The notes under the pieces are model-generated. The model had not been told where the DNA came from. It searched no databases and saw nothing but the letters and a program-made list of their open reading frames with translations. A program made the position numbers and the translations under genes. DNA of 63,902 bases, the filler included, from Octopus bimaculoides (lineage: Eukaryota), in NCBI RefSeq assembly GCF_001194135.2. It is 7 parts of 7 records of this genome, joined end to end, with 100 filler letters (N's around TTAATTAATTAA, not from the genome) between each part and the next. Parts side by side here need not be neighbours in the genome. Positions count along the whole stretch, not along the records: positions 20,212 to 40,830 come from NC_068991.1; positions 40,931 to 52,850 come from NC_068987.1; 5 more parts are not named here. One strand, given 5' to 3'. Shown one piece after another: positions 36,948 to 50,320 of this stretch. The number at the start of each line of letters is the position of its first letter. The first letter of the stretch is position 1.

Positions 36948-36967
36948 AAAATTCAAAAACTAGAGTA
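36882..36967. repeat. Perfect 86-bp palindrome centred on (AT)14
   Basis: 29-bp arm tactctagtttttgaatttttgtgtgtgt and its exact reverse complement. Confidence 0.95.
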
Positions 36968-36984
36968 GTGAAGAGAAATACGTA

Positions 36985-37385
36985 TAGTGATGGGTATGTG
37001 TTCTGTATTTTTTAATGAATCAATTTTCTTTATTTAAACGCTCTTGTAAATAAATAGTATCTTTGCACTGGTAGATGGGGAAAACTGTGAAATTTGGTTT
37101 GATGTTACATGCACATTTAAGTGAACACTCTCTATGTGTTCACTTTAAGGAATTTGTCTGTATTGCGGGAACCAGATCTGCTCTTTATGTAGAGTGGTTC
37201 TCCGTCTCAATGTCATACTCGTCTGTCTTATACAGTGATGTCCACAACCCGAGCAGGTTATTACATAAATTAGATTCTCAGAGGTACAAGTGAAGTTGGT
37301 TTTCATTGTGAACCTCTCTCCTTGTTTGAAAAGGAAATCCAACTTGACGTCGACATTTTCTATCCAAAAGGGCATTTCAATCCCC
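36985..37385 (-). mobile_element. Penelope-like element GIY-YIG endonuclease fragment
   Basis: FTCTSENLIYVITCSGCGHHCIRQTSMTLRRRTTLHKEQI...RQIP*SEHIE / CACNIKPNFTVFPIYQC...RLNKEN*FIKKY (decayed [L]IY-Y[I]G motif with CxxC). Confidence 0.85.
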
Positions 37386-37557
37386 TATTTACATGCTATT
37401 ATTTATAGCTTTATGTGCTTCGAGATACACTGTTCCAAAAAAATTACTTAACTTTCATTCGAAAGTCAACAATGTGTGCATGTGTGTGTATGTCTGTATC
37501 AACGTACGTATGTGTGTAGAGGTGTATATGTATTTGAATATATATATTTATATTTAT

Positions 37558-37605
<48 letters not shown>

Positions 37606-37615
37606 NNNNNNNNNN

Positions 37616-37682
<67 letters not shown>

Positions 37683-38314
37683 ATACCATTTATCGAATTT
37701 GAACATTGTTACCTTCGTTGCAGTTAGTATCGATGAAGCAACATATCACATAATACAGACGATACACACATCTCTTGCTTAGAAATAATGTTATCGTTGC
37801 TATTTTATGCCTATCTTGTATATGATAATTCAAAGCGATAGTTAGATATGTATACAGCCAATGGTATCTGTCTAGGATAGAAATGATTGAAGACTTGGTT
37901 TTATCTTTATTGTCCATGTCTAGCAACACCACACATTATACCGTCGCTATTAAAGTCGGTAATCTTAAAATATCTCAAAAGCAAAGATCAAAGATTTTTG
38001 TGATTGAAATAATGAAATCTGCAAAGAGATTCCAACCTGATGGATTATATATTCTATAGACAAGACAAAGATAAACGAATATCCAGTTAAATACTCATTC
38101 GACCTTTGGTTTCTTTGGTTTAAGCTTTCAAATCTGAAATATCTTGCTTGGTATCAATGTCAGGTATCAGTGACTAATGTCGTTATGAAATATTCGTATC
38201 TCACTGGAGCGGGGTTAGAAAATGAAGTAGGTGTCGGTGGAAGATGTAACTCTTCTTAAATGGCATGAAATATGGAAATCGCATAACTTCATTTTGGTCA
38301 TTATTCAGTATCAG

Positions 38315-38505
38315 CAACGCGTCGGACTGGCGGAATTGTCAGCTCACCGGACAAACTTCTTGCGACATTTCGTCCGTCTTTACATTCTGTGTTCAGATTC
38401 CGACGAGGTCGACTTTGCCTTTCATCTTTTCAGGATCAAAGTAATAAATACCAGTTGTGCATTGGGGTCGATGTAACTGACCACCTACCTTTTCCCGAAA
38501 TTTCA
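38315..38505 (+). mobile_element. Family B SINE
   Basis: ctggcggaattg...catttcgtccgtctttacattctgtgttcagattccgacgaggtcgactttgcctttcatc. Confidence 0.8.
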
Positions 38506-38667
38506 GAAATGTGTACCTTAAGCAGAAACGATTATTCTGTATCAGCAGAGCTTTCTTTTGATAGGTGTGTGTGTGTATGTATGAGAGTATGTGTGTGTGT
38601 GTGAGAGAGAGAGTATGTGTGTGTGTGTGTGTGCGAGAGAGAGAGTATGTGTGTGTGTGTGTGAGTA

Positions 38668-38707
<40 letters not shown>

Positions 38708-39750
38708 TGTGTGTGTGTGTGTGTGTGTGTAGTTTGACCACTAAATCTACAAGTTTCTTTATTCTCTCTGTGTTTATTNNNNNNNNNNNNNNNNNNNNNN
38801 NNNNNNNNNNNNNNNNNNNNNNNNNNNNNNNNNNNNNNNNNNNNNNNNNNNNNNNNNNNNNNNNNNNNNNNNNNNNNNNNNNNNNNNNNNNNNNNNNNNN
38901 NNNNNNNNNNNNNNNNNNNNNNNNNNNNNNNNNNNNNNNNNNNNNNNNNNNNNNNNNNNNNNNNNNNNNNNNNNNNNNNNNNNNNNNNNNNNNNNNNNNN
39001 NNNNNNNNNNNNNNNNNNNNNNNNNNNNNNNNNNNNNNNNNNNNNNNNNNNNNNNNNNNNNNNNNNNNNNNNNNNNNNNNNNNNNNNNNNNNNNNNNNNN
39101 NNNNNNNNNNNNNNNNNNNNNNNNNNNNNNNNNNNNNNNNNNNNNNNNNNNNNNNNNNNNNNNNNNNNNNNNNNNNNNNNNNNNNNNNNNNNNNNNNNNN
39201 NNNNNNNNNNNNNNNNNNNNNNNNNNNNNNNNNNNNNNNNNNNNNNNNNNNNNNNNNNNNNNNNNNNNNNNNNNNNNNNNNNNNNNNNNNNNNNNNNNNN
39301 NNNNNNNNNNNNNNNNNNNNNNNNNNNNNNNNNNNNNNNNNNNNNNNNNNNNNNNNNNNNNNNNNNNNNNNNNNNNNNNNNNNNNNNNNNNNNNNNNNNN
39401 NNNNNNNNNNNNNNNNNNNNNNNNNNNNNNNNNNNNNNNNNNNNNNNNNNNNNNNNNNNNNNNNNNNNNNNNNNNNNNNNNNNNNNNNNNNNNNNNNNNN
39501 NNNNNNNNNNNNNNNNNNNNNGAAGAAGAGAGGGAGCGGAGTATCGTATTAATGCATTGCTGCCACCATTGATATGAAAGATAATGTTGAAATGAAGAAG
39601 GCAATGGCGGCGATTTTACTGCTGCAGCTGGTGGTGGTGGTGGTGGTGGTGGTGATGGTGTGGGTGTGTGATGATGGATATGGTAATGATGATGATGAGG
39701 AGGAGGAGGAGGGGGGGAAGAGGGGAATGAATATAGGTTGGAACAGGTGT

Positions 39751-39783
<33 letters not shown>

Positions 39784-40114
39784 CGATGATGATGATGTCT
39801 GTGGAGGTGGTGGTGACGACCATAACAGTATAGACAGAGACGCTATCTGTAGTCAACAAAATCGGATTTAATTTGAGATAAGTAGCTCTGGATTAAAGGA
39901 TTGTAATAATTAATGAAAGCTGTAACAATTGCAGTGAGACACCTGGTGAGAGATTTGTCATGAATTGATTAATAAAGCTAATTAATAAAACTCTGCTATG
40001 TGATGCTGATAAACGTTAAGTTAGTAAAAACAACAAAAATAAACACAAACACACTAATAAAAACAAAAAAACAGTACGATACATAAATGTATATACATAC
40101 ATATATACGTAGAC

Positions 40115-40164
<50 letters not shown>

Positions 40165-40262
40165 ATGGATGGATGGATGGATGGATCGATCGATCGAATA
40201 AAATCGAAAAGAAAACTGTAATCTCTTGGTTCACTATATTATGTCGGTACCTACTTTGCTAT

Positions 40263-40372
40263 CGGGAAGGTGCATGGCTCAGTGGTTAGATCATCGGAAC
40301 CACGTGAAATAAAATGTCTTGCTCAAGAACACAACACGCAGCCCGGTCCGGGAATCGAACTCTCTACCTTGT
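40263..40372. mobile_element. Rearranged family C SINE (plus-strand tRNA head fused to a minus-strand body fragment)
   Basis: gcatggctcagtggttaga followed by ttgctcaagaacacaacacgcagcccggtccgggaatcgaac. Confidence 0.6.
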
Positions 40373-40374
40373 GT

Positions 40375-40775
40375 GTGACATGGAGATTTCATATCAAGAT
40401 AAACAGCGCATGACCTCGCAGGTGGGGCCCATTTGGAATTTTCTTCAGGTCGAGTAGCCCATGCCGCTCAAAAGGTCTCTGAATAAGGTTTGTTTAAGGA
40501 TGTTGAGCAAAACACCCGTGTTTCCAAAGGTGAATTATTGAAACCCCAAAGAATTCCTCTCAACACATGGCTATGATGCTCCCCCACTACTTTTGGTCGT
40601 GATCAGAGATGCACATATCCTCAGCCATTAAGAGACATGCTCAACTTGTTAAGCAAATCTGTGGTATTGAACAGAATATTTGCTGCAGCCCATCTTTTAT
40701 ACCGAGACAAAACCATGTACATGATAACACTTCCAGTCAGTTAAGATCAGAAGTCATGAGAGCCACTGCCTGGTA
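40375..40775 (-). mobile_element. Second copy of the 12370-12965 repeat
   Basis: Reverse complement aligns from ccaggcagtggctctc through ctgtttatcttgatat. Confidence 0.85.
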
Positions 40776-41644
40776 TTGTATTGTTGTTGTTATTGTTGTT
40801 GTTGTCATCATCATCATCATCATCATCATCNNNNNNNNNNNNNNNNNNNNNNNNNNNNNNNNNNNNNNNNNNNNTTAATTAATTAANNNNNNNNNNNNNN
40901 NNNNNNNNNNNNNNNNNNNNNNNNNNNNNNTATGTGTGTGTGTGTGTGTGTGTGTCTACATGGGTCCACATGCATACACACACATATCCACACGAGCAAG
41001 CATATACGCACGTCTATATACGTATATACATGCATACATTTATACGTGTGTGTGTATGTATGTATACACACACACACGAGCAGGCGTGCGCGCACACACA
41101 AACTCACACACACAAACTCACACACAAACTCACACATATATATTTAGATAGATAGATATTCACCATACTCTTTCCTGAGTCAACTTCGAAAAACATCTCG
41201 CATGTTCTGTGGCGCAATTAGTTGCCGAACGAAAAGTATCTCCTTGAAGAACTTGTAAAATTCGATAGAAAATATCGATACAATTCTTATATGGAACTTC
41301 AGAATAAATATATCTGAGAGCTCTTGTAATCATAGATATTTATTGCAATATGTCTTTAGGGAAGAGAATCAAATACAAAAATGCAATCTAGTAAAACATC
41401 AAGTGACGATGAAGAGGCTAGTTTAAAATCTTACGAATTAATTTTATTATTATTATTTTTAGTGTTGTTATTCTTTAAAAGTTATTATTATTGTTGTTGT
41501 TGTAGTTTGCTGCTTTTGAGTCTTTTAATTGGCCACAGGGGCCCGTGAGGAAGGGACATCACAACGCTGGAATACAGATGAAAGCAGCAAAATCCGAATG
41601 AGTTTGACGATTTTAATTTGACAAAATGGTTAAGATCAAGAAAA

Positions 41645-42858
41645 TGATTGTTTCAAAATTTGGTGCACTTTTAGGTAAAATGATTAACTGGATTATATCG
41701 GCTCCTGGTAGTTTATTTTATCGACCTGAAAGGATGAAAAAGAAGGATGATCGTAGTAGGATCTGAACTCAAATATCAAATATTCTAAGAAAAGTCACTA
41801 AAGATTTTTTCGATCCATTAACGATTCTTAGCGATTTCCGCCCTAAGATGAAGTAAATAATAGTTTCGAATTTTGGCATAGAACCAGTAATTTTTGAGTG
41901 TGGTGGGGGAATTGATTATATGGACCACAGTACTTGACTTATTTTATCGACTCTGAAAAGGATGAAAGGCTAAGCGGAATTTAAACTTAGAATTTAAACT
42001 AGGACCTCAAACACGGACGAGATGACACTAAACATTTTGTCCGGCCCACTAATATTTCTGCCTGCTCACCGTCTCAGTTCAAGTAAATAACAAAGGCACA
42101 TTCATAAATTAAGTTTTACTATAAAATGTGAAAAGTAAGGATCCATAAATTGGAGGAGGACAACTAAAGAAGGTGATTGGAGAAAACCCACAACTCCATC
42201 TATCTTAATCTGACATAGGCAAGTGCATTTGTCTACATTTTCCACCAATATTTAGCGTAGGCCTAATTTCCAGTCCAAATTCGCTCAAGTAACCACGTCG
42301 CATGACGTTTACTTGAGGGAAGCGCTACGCTTCGCACGCCTGGGAGATCTCTACTACATCAGGTACCAATGCTAAATTTACCATTTGCCGAGCTACTTTC
42401 AATGCTCACACAAATAATAAGGTGTTGAGGTGGCAGAATTTTTGGCACGCGGGACAAAATGCTTATCGGCATTTCGTCCGTCTTCACGTTCTGAGTTCAA
42501 ATTCCACATAGGTCGACTTTACCTTTCGTCCTTTCGGTGTCGATAAGCTGGGTACCAGTCGAACACAGGAGTCAAAATCATCGACTTATCTCATGTCCCG
42601 AAACTGCTGAATTTCTTCCAAAATTTGAAACCAATCTTATTCAACCAGTCTAAGGCAGAGAGCTAACAGAATCGTTAGTGCGGCGGGCAACATTTCGTCC
42701 GTCTTTATATTCTGAGTTCAAATTCCGACTAGGTTGACTTTGCCTTTCATCATTTCGGGGTCGATAAGATAAGTACCAGTTAAGTACTGGGGTCGATATT
42801 AATCGACTTATCCCCAGCTGCGTACTTGCTGGCCGTGTGCCAAATTTTGGAATGAATA
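41645..42858. mobile_element. Cluster of four family B SINEs (-,-,+,+)
   Basis: Copies at about 41645-41845 (-), 41860-42073 (-), 42425-42640 (+) and 42652-42858 (+). Confidence 0.75.
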
Positions 42859-42882
42859 TTCACATAAATGAATATTCACATA

Positions 42883-43372
42883 GGCGTATGAGTGGATGCG
42901 TGGTCAGTAGCTTGCTTACCAACCACATGGCTCCGGGTTCAGTCCCACTGCGTGGCACCTTGGGCAAGTGTCTTCTACTATAGCCTCGGGCCGACCAAAG
43001 CCTTGTGAATGGATTTGAAGCCCGTCGTATATATATATATATNNNNNNNNNNNNNNNNNNNNNNNNNNNNNNNNNNNNNNNNNNNNNNNNNNNNNNNNNN
43101 NNNNNNNNNNNNNNNNNNNNNNNNNNNNNNNNNNNNNNNNNNNNNNNNNNNNGTGTGTGTGTGTGTGTGTATGTTTCTGTGTCTGTGTTTGTCCCCCACC
43201 CATCATCGCTTGAAAACCGATGGTGGTGTGTTTACGACCCCGTAACGTAGCAGTTCGGCAAAAGAGACCAAATTAATAAGTACTAGGCTTACAAAGAATA
43301 AGTCTTGAGGTCGATTTGTTCGACTAAAGGCGGTGCTCCAGCATGGTCACAGTCAAACGACTGAAACATAGT
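42883..43372 (+). mobile_element. Family A SINE with an N gap in its internal microsatellite
   Basis: Head, CORE-like gtggcaccttgggcaagtgtcttctactatagcctcggg, and 3' end ggcggtgctccagcatgg. Confidence 0.88.
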
Positions 43373-43704
43373 ATAAATAATACAACGACCGCCATTATAA
43401 TTACTATAGCTGAAATGACTAGGTCTGCAACCAGTGATTCTATTTCTAACACCATCACTGTAGTAATACTACCACTACCACCGCGACAACAACAACACGC
43501 GTTGTCAAATATATTGAGCTTATCGAATATTTGCATCGCTAAATCTGAACTCAATTGCTCTTAGAAAGTAATATTTCATTCTCATATGGAAATCACATTA
43601 TCTCCCTTCCTTTGCTTTCGTTATCTTGCTGATCATCTCTGATACATCCATCTATCCACCCGACCACCGAAAAATGCATACATGCAAGCATGCACAGTAC
43701 ACAG

Positions 43705-43750
<46 letters not shown>

Positions 43751-43889
43751 ACACACACAGACACACACACACAGACACACACACACACAGACACACACAT
43801 ACACATACATACACATATGTAGATATATTTCTCTGCCACCTTCTGATTTTCCACATGATCCCATCCTTCTCCTCACACTGCTACACTGC

Positions 43890-43890
43890 A

Positions 43891-43921
<31 letters not shown>

Positions 43922-43953
43922 GCAGCAGTAGTAGTAGTAGTAGTAGTAGTAGC

Positions 43954-43985
<32 letters not shown>

Positions 43986-44047
43986 CAGTATCACCACCAC
44001 CACTGCTGCTGCTCTTACTACTACTAAACTCCTCCTGCTCCTTCTCT

Positions 44048-44111
<64 letters not shown>

Positions 44112-44145
44112 GCCACCGCTGCTGCTGCTGCTGCTGCTGCTACTT
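43890..44145. repeat. Compound (TAC)/(TAG)/(CTG) trinucleotide microsatellite
   Basis: Direct reading. Confidence 0.95.
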
Positions 44146-45039
44146 CCATAGGTAGTATAAACCTGCATATGCCTAAAATGGCGAGGTGGTCACAAGAGTT
44201 ACTATTATCACAACTATACTTGATCAGAGATGACCGAGGGCTAAACAACAACATCAGTAAAAACATAAGTTGAGTGATAACTGCATGACGTAATAGCTAA
44301 ATCTTCACTCAATCCAAACTCTACCGTCCCAAAGAAATAAAAACGAAAGAAACAAGCAACAAATAGACATTATGAAATATGATGACCTAATCACATACTT
44401 AAAATGATGAAGTGATTGTAGCAGGAATGCATTTGGTCATTAATTCTCTATGTAGATTGAATTAGGGTTATACAATAGTACCAACAACAGCAGGAACAGC
44501 AACACCAACGACAATAATAACAACATCACCTAAATCTCGTTAATGTCTCATCTTACAGCCTTAAGAAAACGGTAAGGCATTTTGGAATATATGTAGTTCT
44601 GGGATAGGATGAATACTGCCGAATTTCAAGGCTCACGCGAGCAAAATAACGCCCGTTTATTTATTTGCACGTTCATATTCATCTATAGATGGTGATGTAA
44701 TCCCCTATAGATAGGGATGTGCTTAATTATTCAACATAGAATCCTCTTCCAATACGTACTGCTACATCGATTAACTATATAGAGTGATTCTCAATGTGTG
44801 ATGTAGCAAATCATATTTCGGAAAAGGAGATGACTATGCAATCTTTCCGACTTAGTTTATTTCGCTCGATGGGAGCAAGATCACACTAAAAGGTACGAGA
44901 AAAGAAATCATGAATTATTGCAAATACGCATGCAGAAAACGATCTACGAAGAAATAGTGTGGAAAATGATTGATAAATATTTACAAGTCGTTAGAGGAAC
45001 AAACAAGAAAAAAGTACGGGTATAACGGAAATTAATAGT

Positions 45040-45470
45040 TATAATAATCCTTTCTACTTTAGGCTTAAAGCCCGAATTTTTATCGGGAGAGGAGTAATAA
45101 ATTACATCGATCCTAATGTTTAAATGGCACAGTTAAGCATTAGTATGAAAGACAAAATCGACCTCGACGGAATATGAACTTAAAAAAGTAAAGATGGCCG
45201 AAACGACGATAAGCAGTATATCCAGCATGCTTACGGTTCTGCTATCACAACGTCTTAATAGTCCACTACAATATAGGCACAAGGACTGGAATTTTGGATG
45301 AGTGGATAGTCAATTACATCTATCTTAGTGCTCAACTGGTACTTATTTTACCGACCCTGAAGTGATAACACACAACGTCGACCGCGGTGGCATCTGAACA
45401 GAATACAGAACAGAAAACTAGAATAACTGCTGTTAAACATTTTGTCCGGTATGGTAAAGATTCCGCTTGC
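45040..45470 (-). mobile_element. Two tandem family B SINE copies
   Basis: gtcgacctcgacggaatatgaact and actggtacttattttaccgaccctgaa motifs. Confidence 0.65.
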
Positions 45471-46915
45471 TCAGTGCCTTGGGACACCTTAATAATAGTT
45501 AAAATAACGAAACGACAATAACGATTCATTTTGCCCGAGTAGAAGTATATCATTTTGGAATAAAAAAACATAGCTGAATTAAGAGAATATTTTGAAAATA
45601 AAAGGTGAAGACTATCAAAATTTTAACATATATTTTTACTGTTTTTCAAAGGACAATCGAATACTTTTTCTGGAGTTTTCAGTGGAAATTTGTGCATGCC
45701 AATATATTTTGGTTCTAGAAATCATAGTGTGAATACAAGCATATGTACCAAACGTGTTGTTTAGTTTGGTATCATACGTTTTTCTCCCTCTTGCTTCTTA
45801 ACTTGCTTTCTTCTATTCCGTACATAGCGCCATACCAAACGCCAGCTTCTCTTTTGTTACTTCTTTTGGCAGAGTGAACCTCATTTACACTTCTTTGATT
45901 TGCGGGCTTTTCCGCTTTATATATTTACGTTTTCAGGCCCTTCATTTTGCTTTGTCTGACACCAAGTATTATTTGTTTAAAGACCTCATAATTTTACTCG
46001 TGTAATACATAAGATTTAATCAAGTGATTTCAACCTATCTAAACATCTATACATACACATATGCGTGCGCGGTGTGTGTGTTTGTATGAGTGTGTATGTG
46101 CGTATGTGTGTGTGCACGTGTGCGCGCACGAGCGTGTGCACGTGCGTGTGTGTCTGCTTTTGTGCGTCTCACTGTGTGCATTGATGTATCCATATATACC
46201 GGTAACTATGTATAAGATGCAATCAACCTGCAACATTGAGAAGACAGCAAGGAAATATTCCAGTAACAAGTATGAGAAAGATGACGTAAAGAATACGCTG
46301 TTTTGATAATGTGAAGACTCTTGTGCATAACGCATATATGTTGTAAAATATAAGCATTGTGCGGCCAATAATCTTTATAAAGAATTTGTATAATGACTAT
46401 CTACTAAAATGCATATATCTCTATTTTTAATTACACATACATATNNNNNNNNNNNNNNNNNNNNNNNNNNNNNNNNNNNNNNNNNNNNNNNNNNNNNNNN
46501 NNNNNNNNNNNNNNNNNNNNNNNNNNNNNNNNNNNNNNNNNNNNNNNNNNNNNNNNNNNNNNNNNNNNNNNNNNNNNNNNNNNNNNNNNNNNNNNNNNNN
46601 NNNNNNNNNNNNNNNNNNNNNNNNNNNNNNNNNNNNNNNNNNNNNNNNNNNNNNNNNNNNNNNNNNNNNNNNNNNNNNNNNNNNNNNNNNNNNNNNNNNN
46701 NNNNNNNNNNNNNNNNNNNNNNNNNNNNNNNNNNNNNNNNNNNNNNNNNNNNNNNNNNNNNNNNNNNNNNNNNNNNNNNNNNNNNNNNNNNNNNNNNNNN
46801 NNNNNNNNNNNNNNNNTATCTATATACATTATATACTTTTGAATATATGTGTATGTATGATACTTCATATCTGATTGATTCAAATGTGTTGCCTTGAAGT
46901 TATATATACATATAC

Positions 46916-46965
<50 letters not shown>

Positions 46966-47538
46966 GATTGTGCGTGTGTGTGTACATGTAGTTAAGCGTA
47001 CGTATATTAGTACATAAACACAGACATGCACACATACATACACACACGCCCCAGTCACTATCTACAATTATATGTTCATATGTATATTTGTGCACATGCA
47101 AGAGTGTATGTGAATGAATATATCCATGAGAATATATCACTAATTATGTACATTAGCTCCATGTAATTTAATTATTCAAATGCAGTAGGCTGCACTCAGC
47201 ATCCAACCTGTCACTAGCTAAACATTAATGAAGCGTTAAGGCTCTGAAAACTTCGTATTCTCTTTGGCACATTCATTTCAACATCTACGTGTATTTATGC
47301 ACGATATTGAGAATTAACTGATATATCAGTATATTATATATGTATGCATCTATGCGATGTACTTAGTCATGTATGTACATTCTCTGTATTTTTCTTCTAT
47401 TTATTTTGCTGTCTCTCTTTATCTCCTTTATTATATATATCCATGCTTAGAAAATCACAATCAAATGCATACATATATAAATGTATGTATGACTATAATG
47501 TATATATACATAAAACTAACATACATTTATGTATATAC

Positions 47539-47595
<57 letters not shown>

Positions 47596-49106
47596 GTTGA
47601 TAATTGATGATGAACCTTTCTGTTTTCACCTGTATCCCTGTACATTGTTACAGATGTCTCTATACAAGCATAAAACTCGTTTATATTTACATTAATTGGT
47701 TCATATTGAAAAAAGATATTTAATTGGGAAGGAGCGGTACTTAACTTTTACTTATTTTATCGACCACTAGATACTTAAAGTGCAAAGTCTTGGCGTGATT
47801 TGAACCTATTCAAATGGACGCATACAAATAATGCAAAGCATTTTATGAGTCGCTTAACAATTCTGCTAATCTAATATACTCGAAATATATAATAATCGTT
47901 TGAAATTAGGCAAAGATGATACAAATCGCACAAACATTTTGCTCTGGCAGGTATACATACTAACGAAAGGAAAAACATGTGCATGGTCGTACTAAACCAC
48001 GCGCACACGCACACACATACTCACACACACGCATACAAACAAGGAAAAATATGCACACGCATGCTCGAGTTCTGATTTAAGAGGGAGAAGTTGCTTATTT
48101 TCCCAGTCCATGAGAACAATACAACATATGCAGCAAAGTGATCTGATTTTGATTGGTTTGTGCCACAAAATATTCTATATAATGTGGACTTGCAGAGATA
48201 AGCTTCTGAAGATGATGTTCTTAAAGCACTGCGTGAGACTCGACGATAACGCTTTCAATGCCATGGTTGTGCAGGCAGAGTTCTCATGTACATCATCAGA
48301 GATTAGAGTAATGCAAACGAGTAAGGGGTATTTGTTTCCTCTGGGTAGGATGTAGAAAGCAGATGATGCACATCTAGTGATGACATTAAATAAGCACTAC
48401 ATGGTTAGCGACACTGCATTTGCTAATAATATAAAATGGCGACTGCATGAATAAAATGACAAAAAGCAAACAAACTACATAAACAAGATATATGCATAAC
48501 AGTGATGCACATTAGGATGTAAGCCATAATAATTAGGACATTTCATAGAAGCACCAATGATGCTTAGCAACGCTCAAGGGTACTGAATTAGATGTGTATT
48601 CTATTCGACAGCTGATGGAGGGAATGCCTGCATTGCAAAATAATTGAAGTATACGTATTGACATAAACACATACACACAATGGCATGCACAGACATACAG
48701 ACACAAACACAAACACACACACAGACATATATATACATATATATGCATAAATGATATCAGCATATAGATAAATGTATTAGATACTTTCTCCTACATTCAT
48801 TCGGTATCTTTTCTTTTTATTTCCATTTTTTAATGCTAAATATGTACATTTTTTTTAATGCTAAAAATCATAATTATAATGTCAAAGAGACATGCATTAC
48901 AAGCCGACACTCATAATAGTGTAGCTTTGATTAAAATATAAAGCCTTGAGATTTATAATGCTTTCTAACATATTTTTTGCAATTACATCTAAACGGTATA
49001 TGTACAAATATACATAGATACATATATGCATATATATATCCAAACATACATAAATGCACACGCAGGTGCATATTATACTTACATATATATATATATNNNN
49101 NNNNNN

Positions 49107-49144
<38 letters not shown>

Positions 49145-49439
49145 CATTCGAATTTGATTATTTATTGCGTCTACTCAGCGTATATGACAACGTTGGTACG
49201 CCGATTAACACATGAACAAAGATTTGAGAAACAAAGGAGTGCTTCATCCTTTAGAACAAATTTTAGATTCTATGTAGTCAAAGTACTATATTTCTTCGCA
49301 TGTACATCAGAATATATACATCTTTACACGAAAATACGTACACCCACAAACATATTACAACAACAACAACAACAATAATTTTAAATATAGCACAGAAAAG
49401 CAACAACAGCAGCTATAATATTAATGATCCTTACTACAA

Positions 49440-49641
49440 TAAGCACAAGGTCTGAATTTTGTGAGAAGAGTCAGGCCGATTACAGCGACCCCTGTGCGTA
49501 ACTGGAATTTATTTCATCGTCACCGAAAGGATGAAAGGCAAAGTCCACCTCTGCAGAATTTGAACTCAGAACGTAAAGATGAATGGATTGCCTTCGAGCA
49601 TTTCGTCCGGCACGCTAACGATCTTGCCAACTCACCGCCTT
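49440..49641 (-). mobile_element. Family B SINE
   Basis: gaaaggatgaaaggcaaagtccacctctgcagaatttgaactcagaacgtaaag...ccaactcaccgcc. Confidence 0.8.
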
Positions 49642-49668
49642 AAAAAAAAAAAAATAATAATAATAATA

Positions 49669-49706
<38 letters not shown>

Positions 49707-49707
<1 letters not shown>

Positions 49708-50320
49708 TATTCACAGACACGATAGAGCTGGGACCTATATACACTGGAAGCTATGCCAACACTATGGAATAACAACAGAAAAAAGATGGTATAAACACAC
49801 GCCAGAGAAGGTCACAGAAAACGAGAAAGCAACCATACTCTGGGATATGCCAATACACACAGATAGAGAAATTAAGGCAAATAGACCAGATATAGTTGTC
49901 AAAGATGATGAAGAAAAAAAATGCTTTCTAATTGATGTATCAATACCAGCAGATGACAACGTTTCCCTAAAAGAAATGGAAAAACTTTCAAAATACAAAG
50001 ACCTGGAAATAGAGATAACTCGAATGTGGAGTCTAAAAACAGAAACAATTCCTATCATAGGAGGTGTCTCAGGTATAATAAAAAAATATTCAGACAAATA
50101 CATAACAGAAACACCAGGACTTACAAATATATATAACATACAGAAAATTGCACTACTAGGCACTGCACACATCCTACGCAAAACACTTTCGATACAGTAA
50201 CCATAAGAGCATCACAGCAAACCACAGCACGTACCCAAGGCACCCAGAGCTGCGCTCGGTAGTGAAGTGAAAGCACGTTATAAAAATAAAACTACTGAAC
50301 AATAATAATAATAATAATAA
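49707..50320 (+). mobile_element. Young 5'-truncated R4/Dong LINE (uninterrupted RLE frame, UTR, (AAT)n tail)
   Basis: Open frame 49706-50200: HRHDRAGTYIHWKLC...TILWDMPIHTDREIKANRPDIVVKD...CFLIDVSIP...EKLSKYKDLEIE...QKIALLGTAHILRKTLSIQ*. Flanked by (AAT)n on both sides. Confidence 0.95.

Noticed and set aside
48095-48355. Acceptor-like ttattttcccAG followed by an 81-aa ORF
   Set aside because: No recognisable protein, no good donor, and the other frames are closed.
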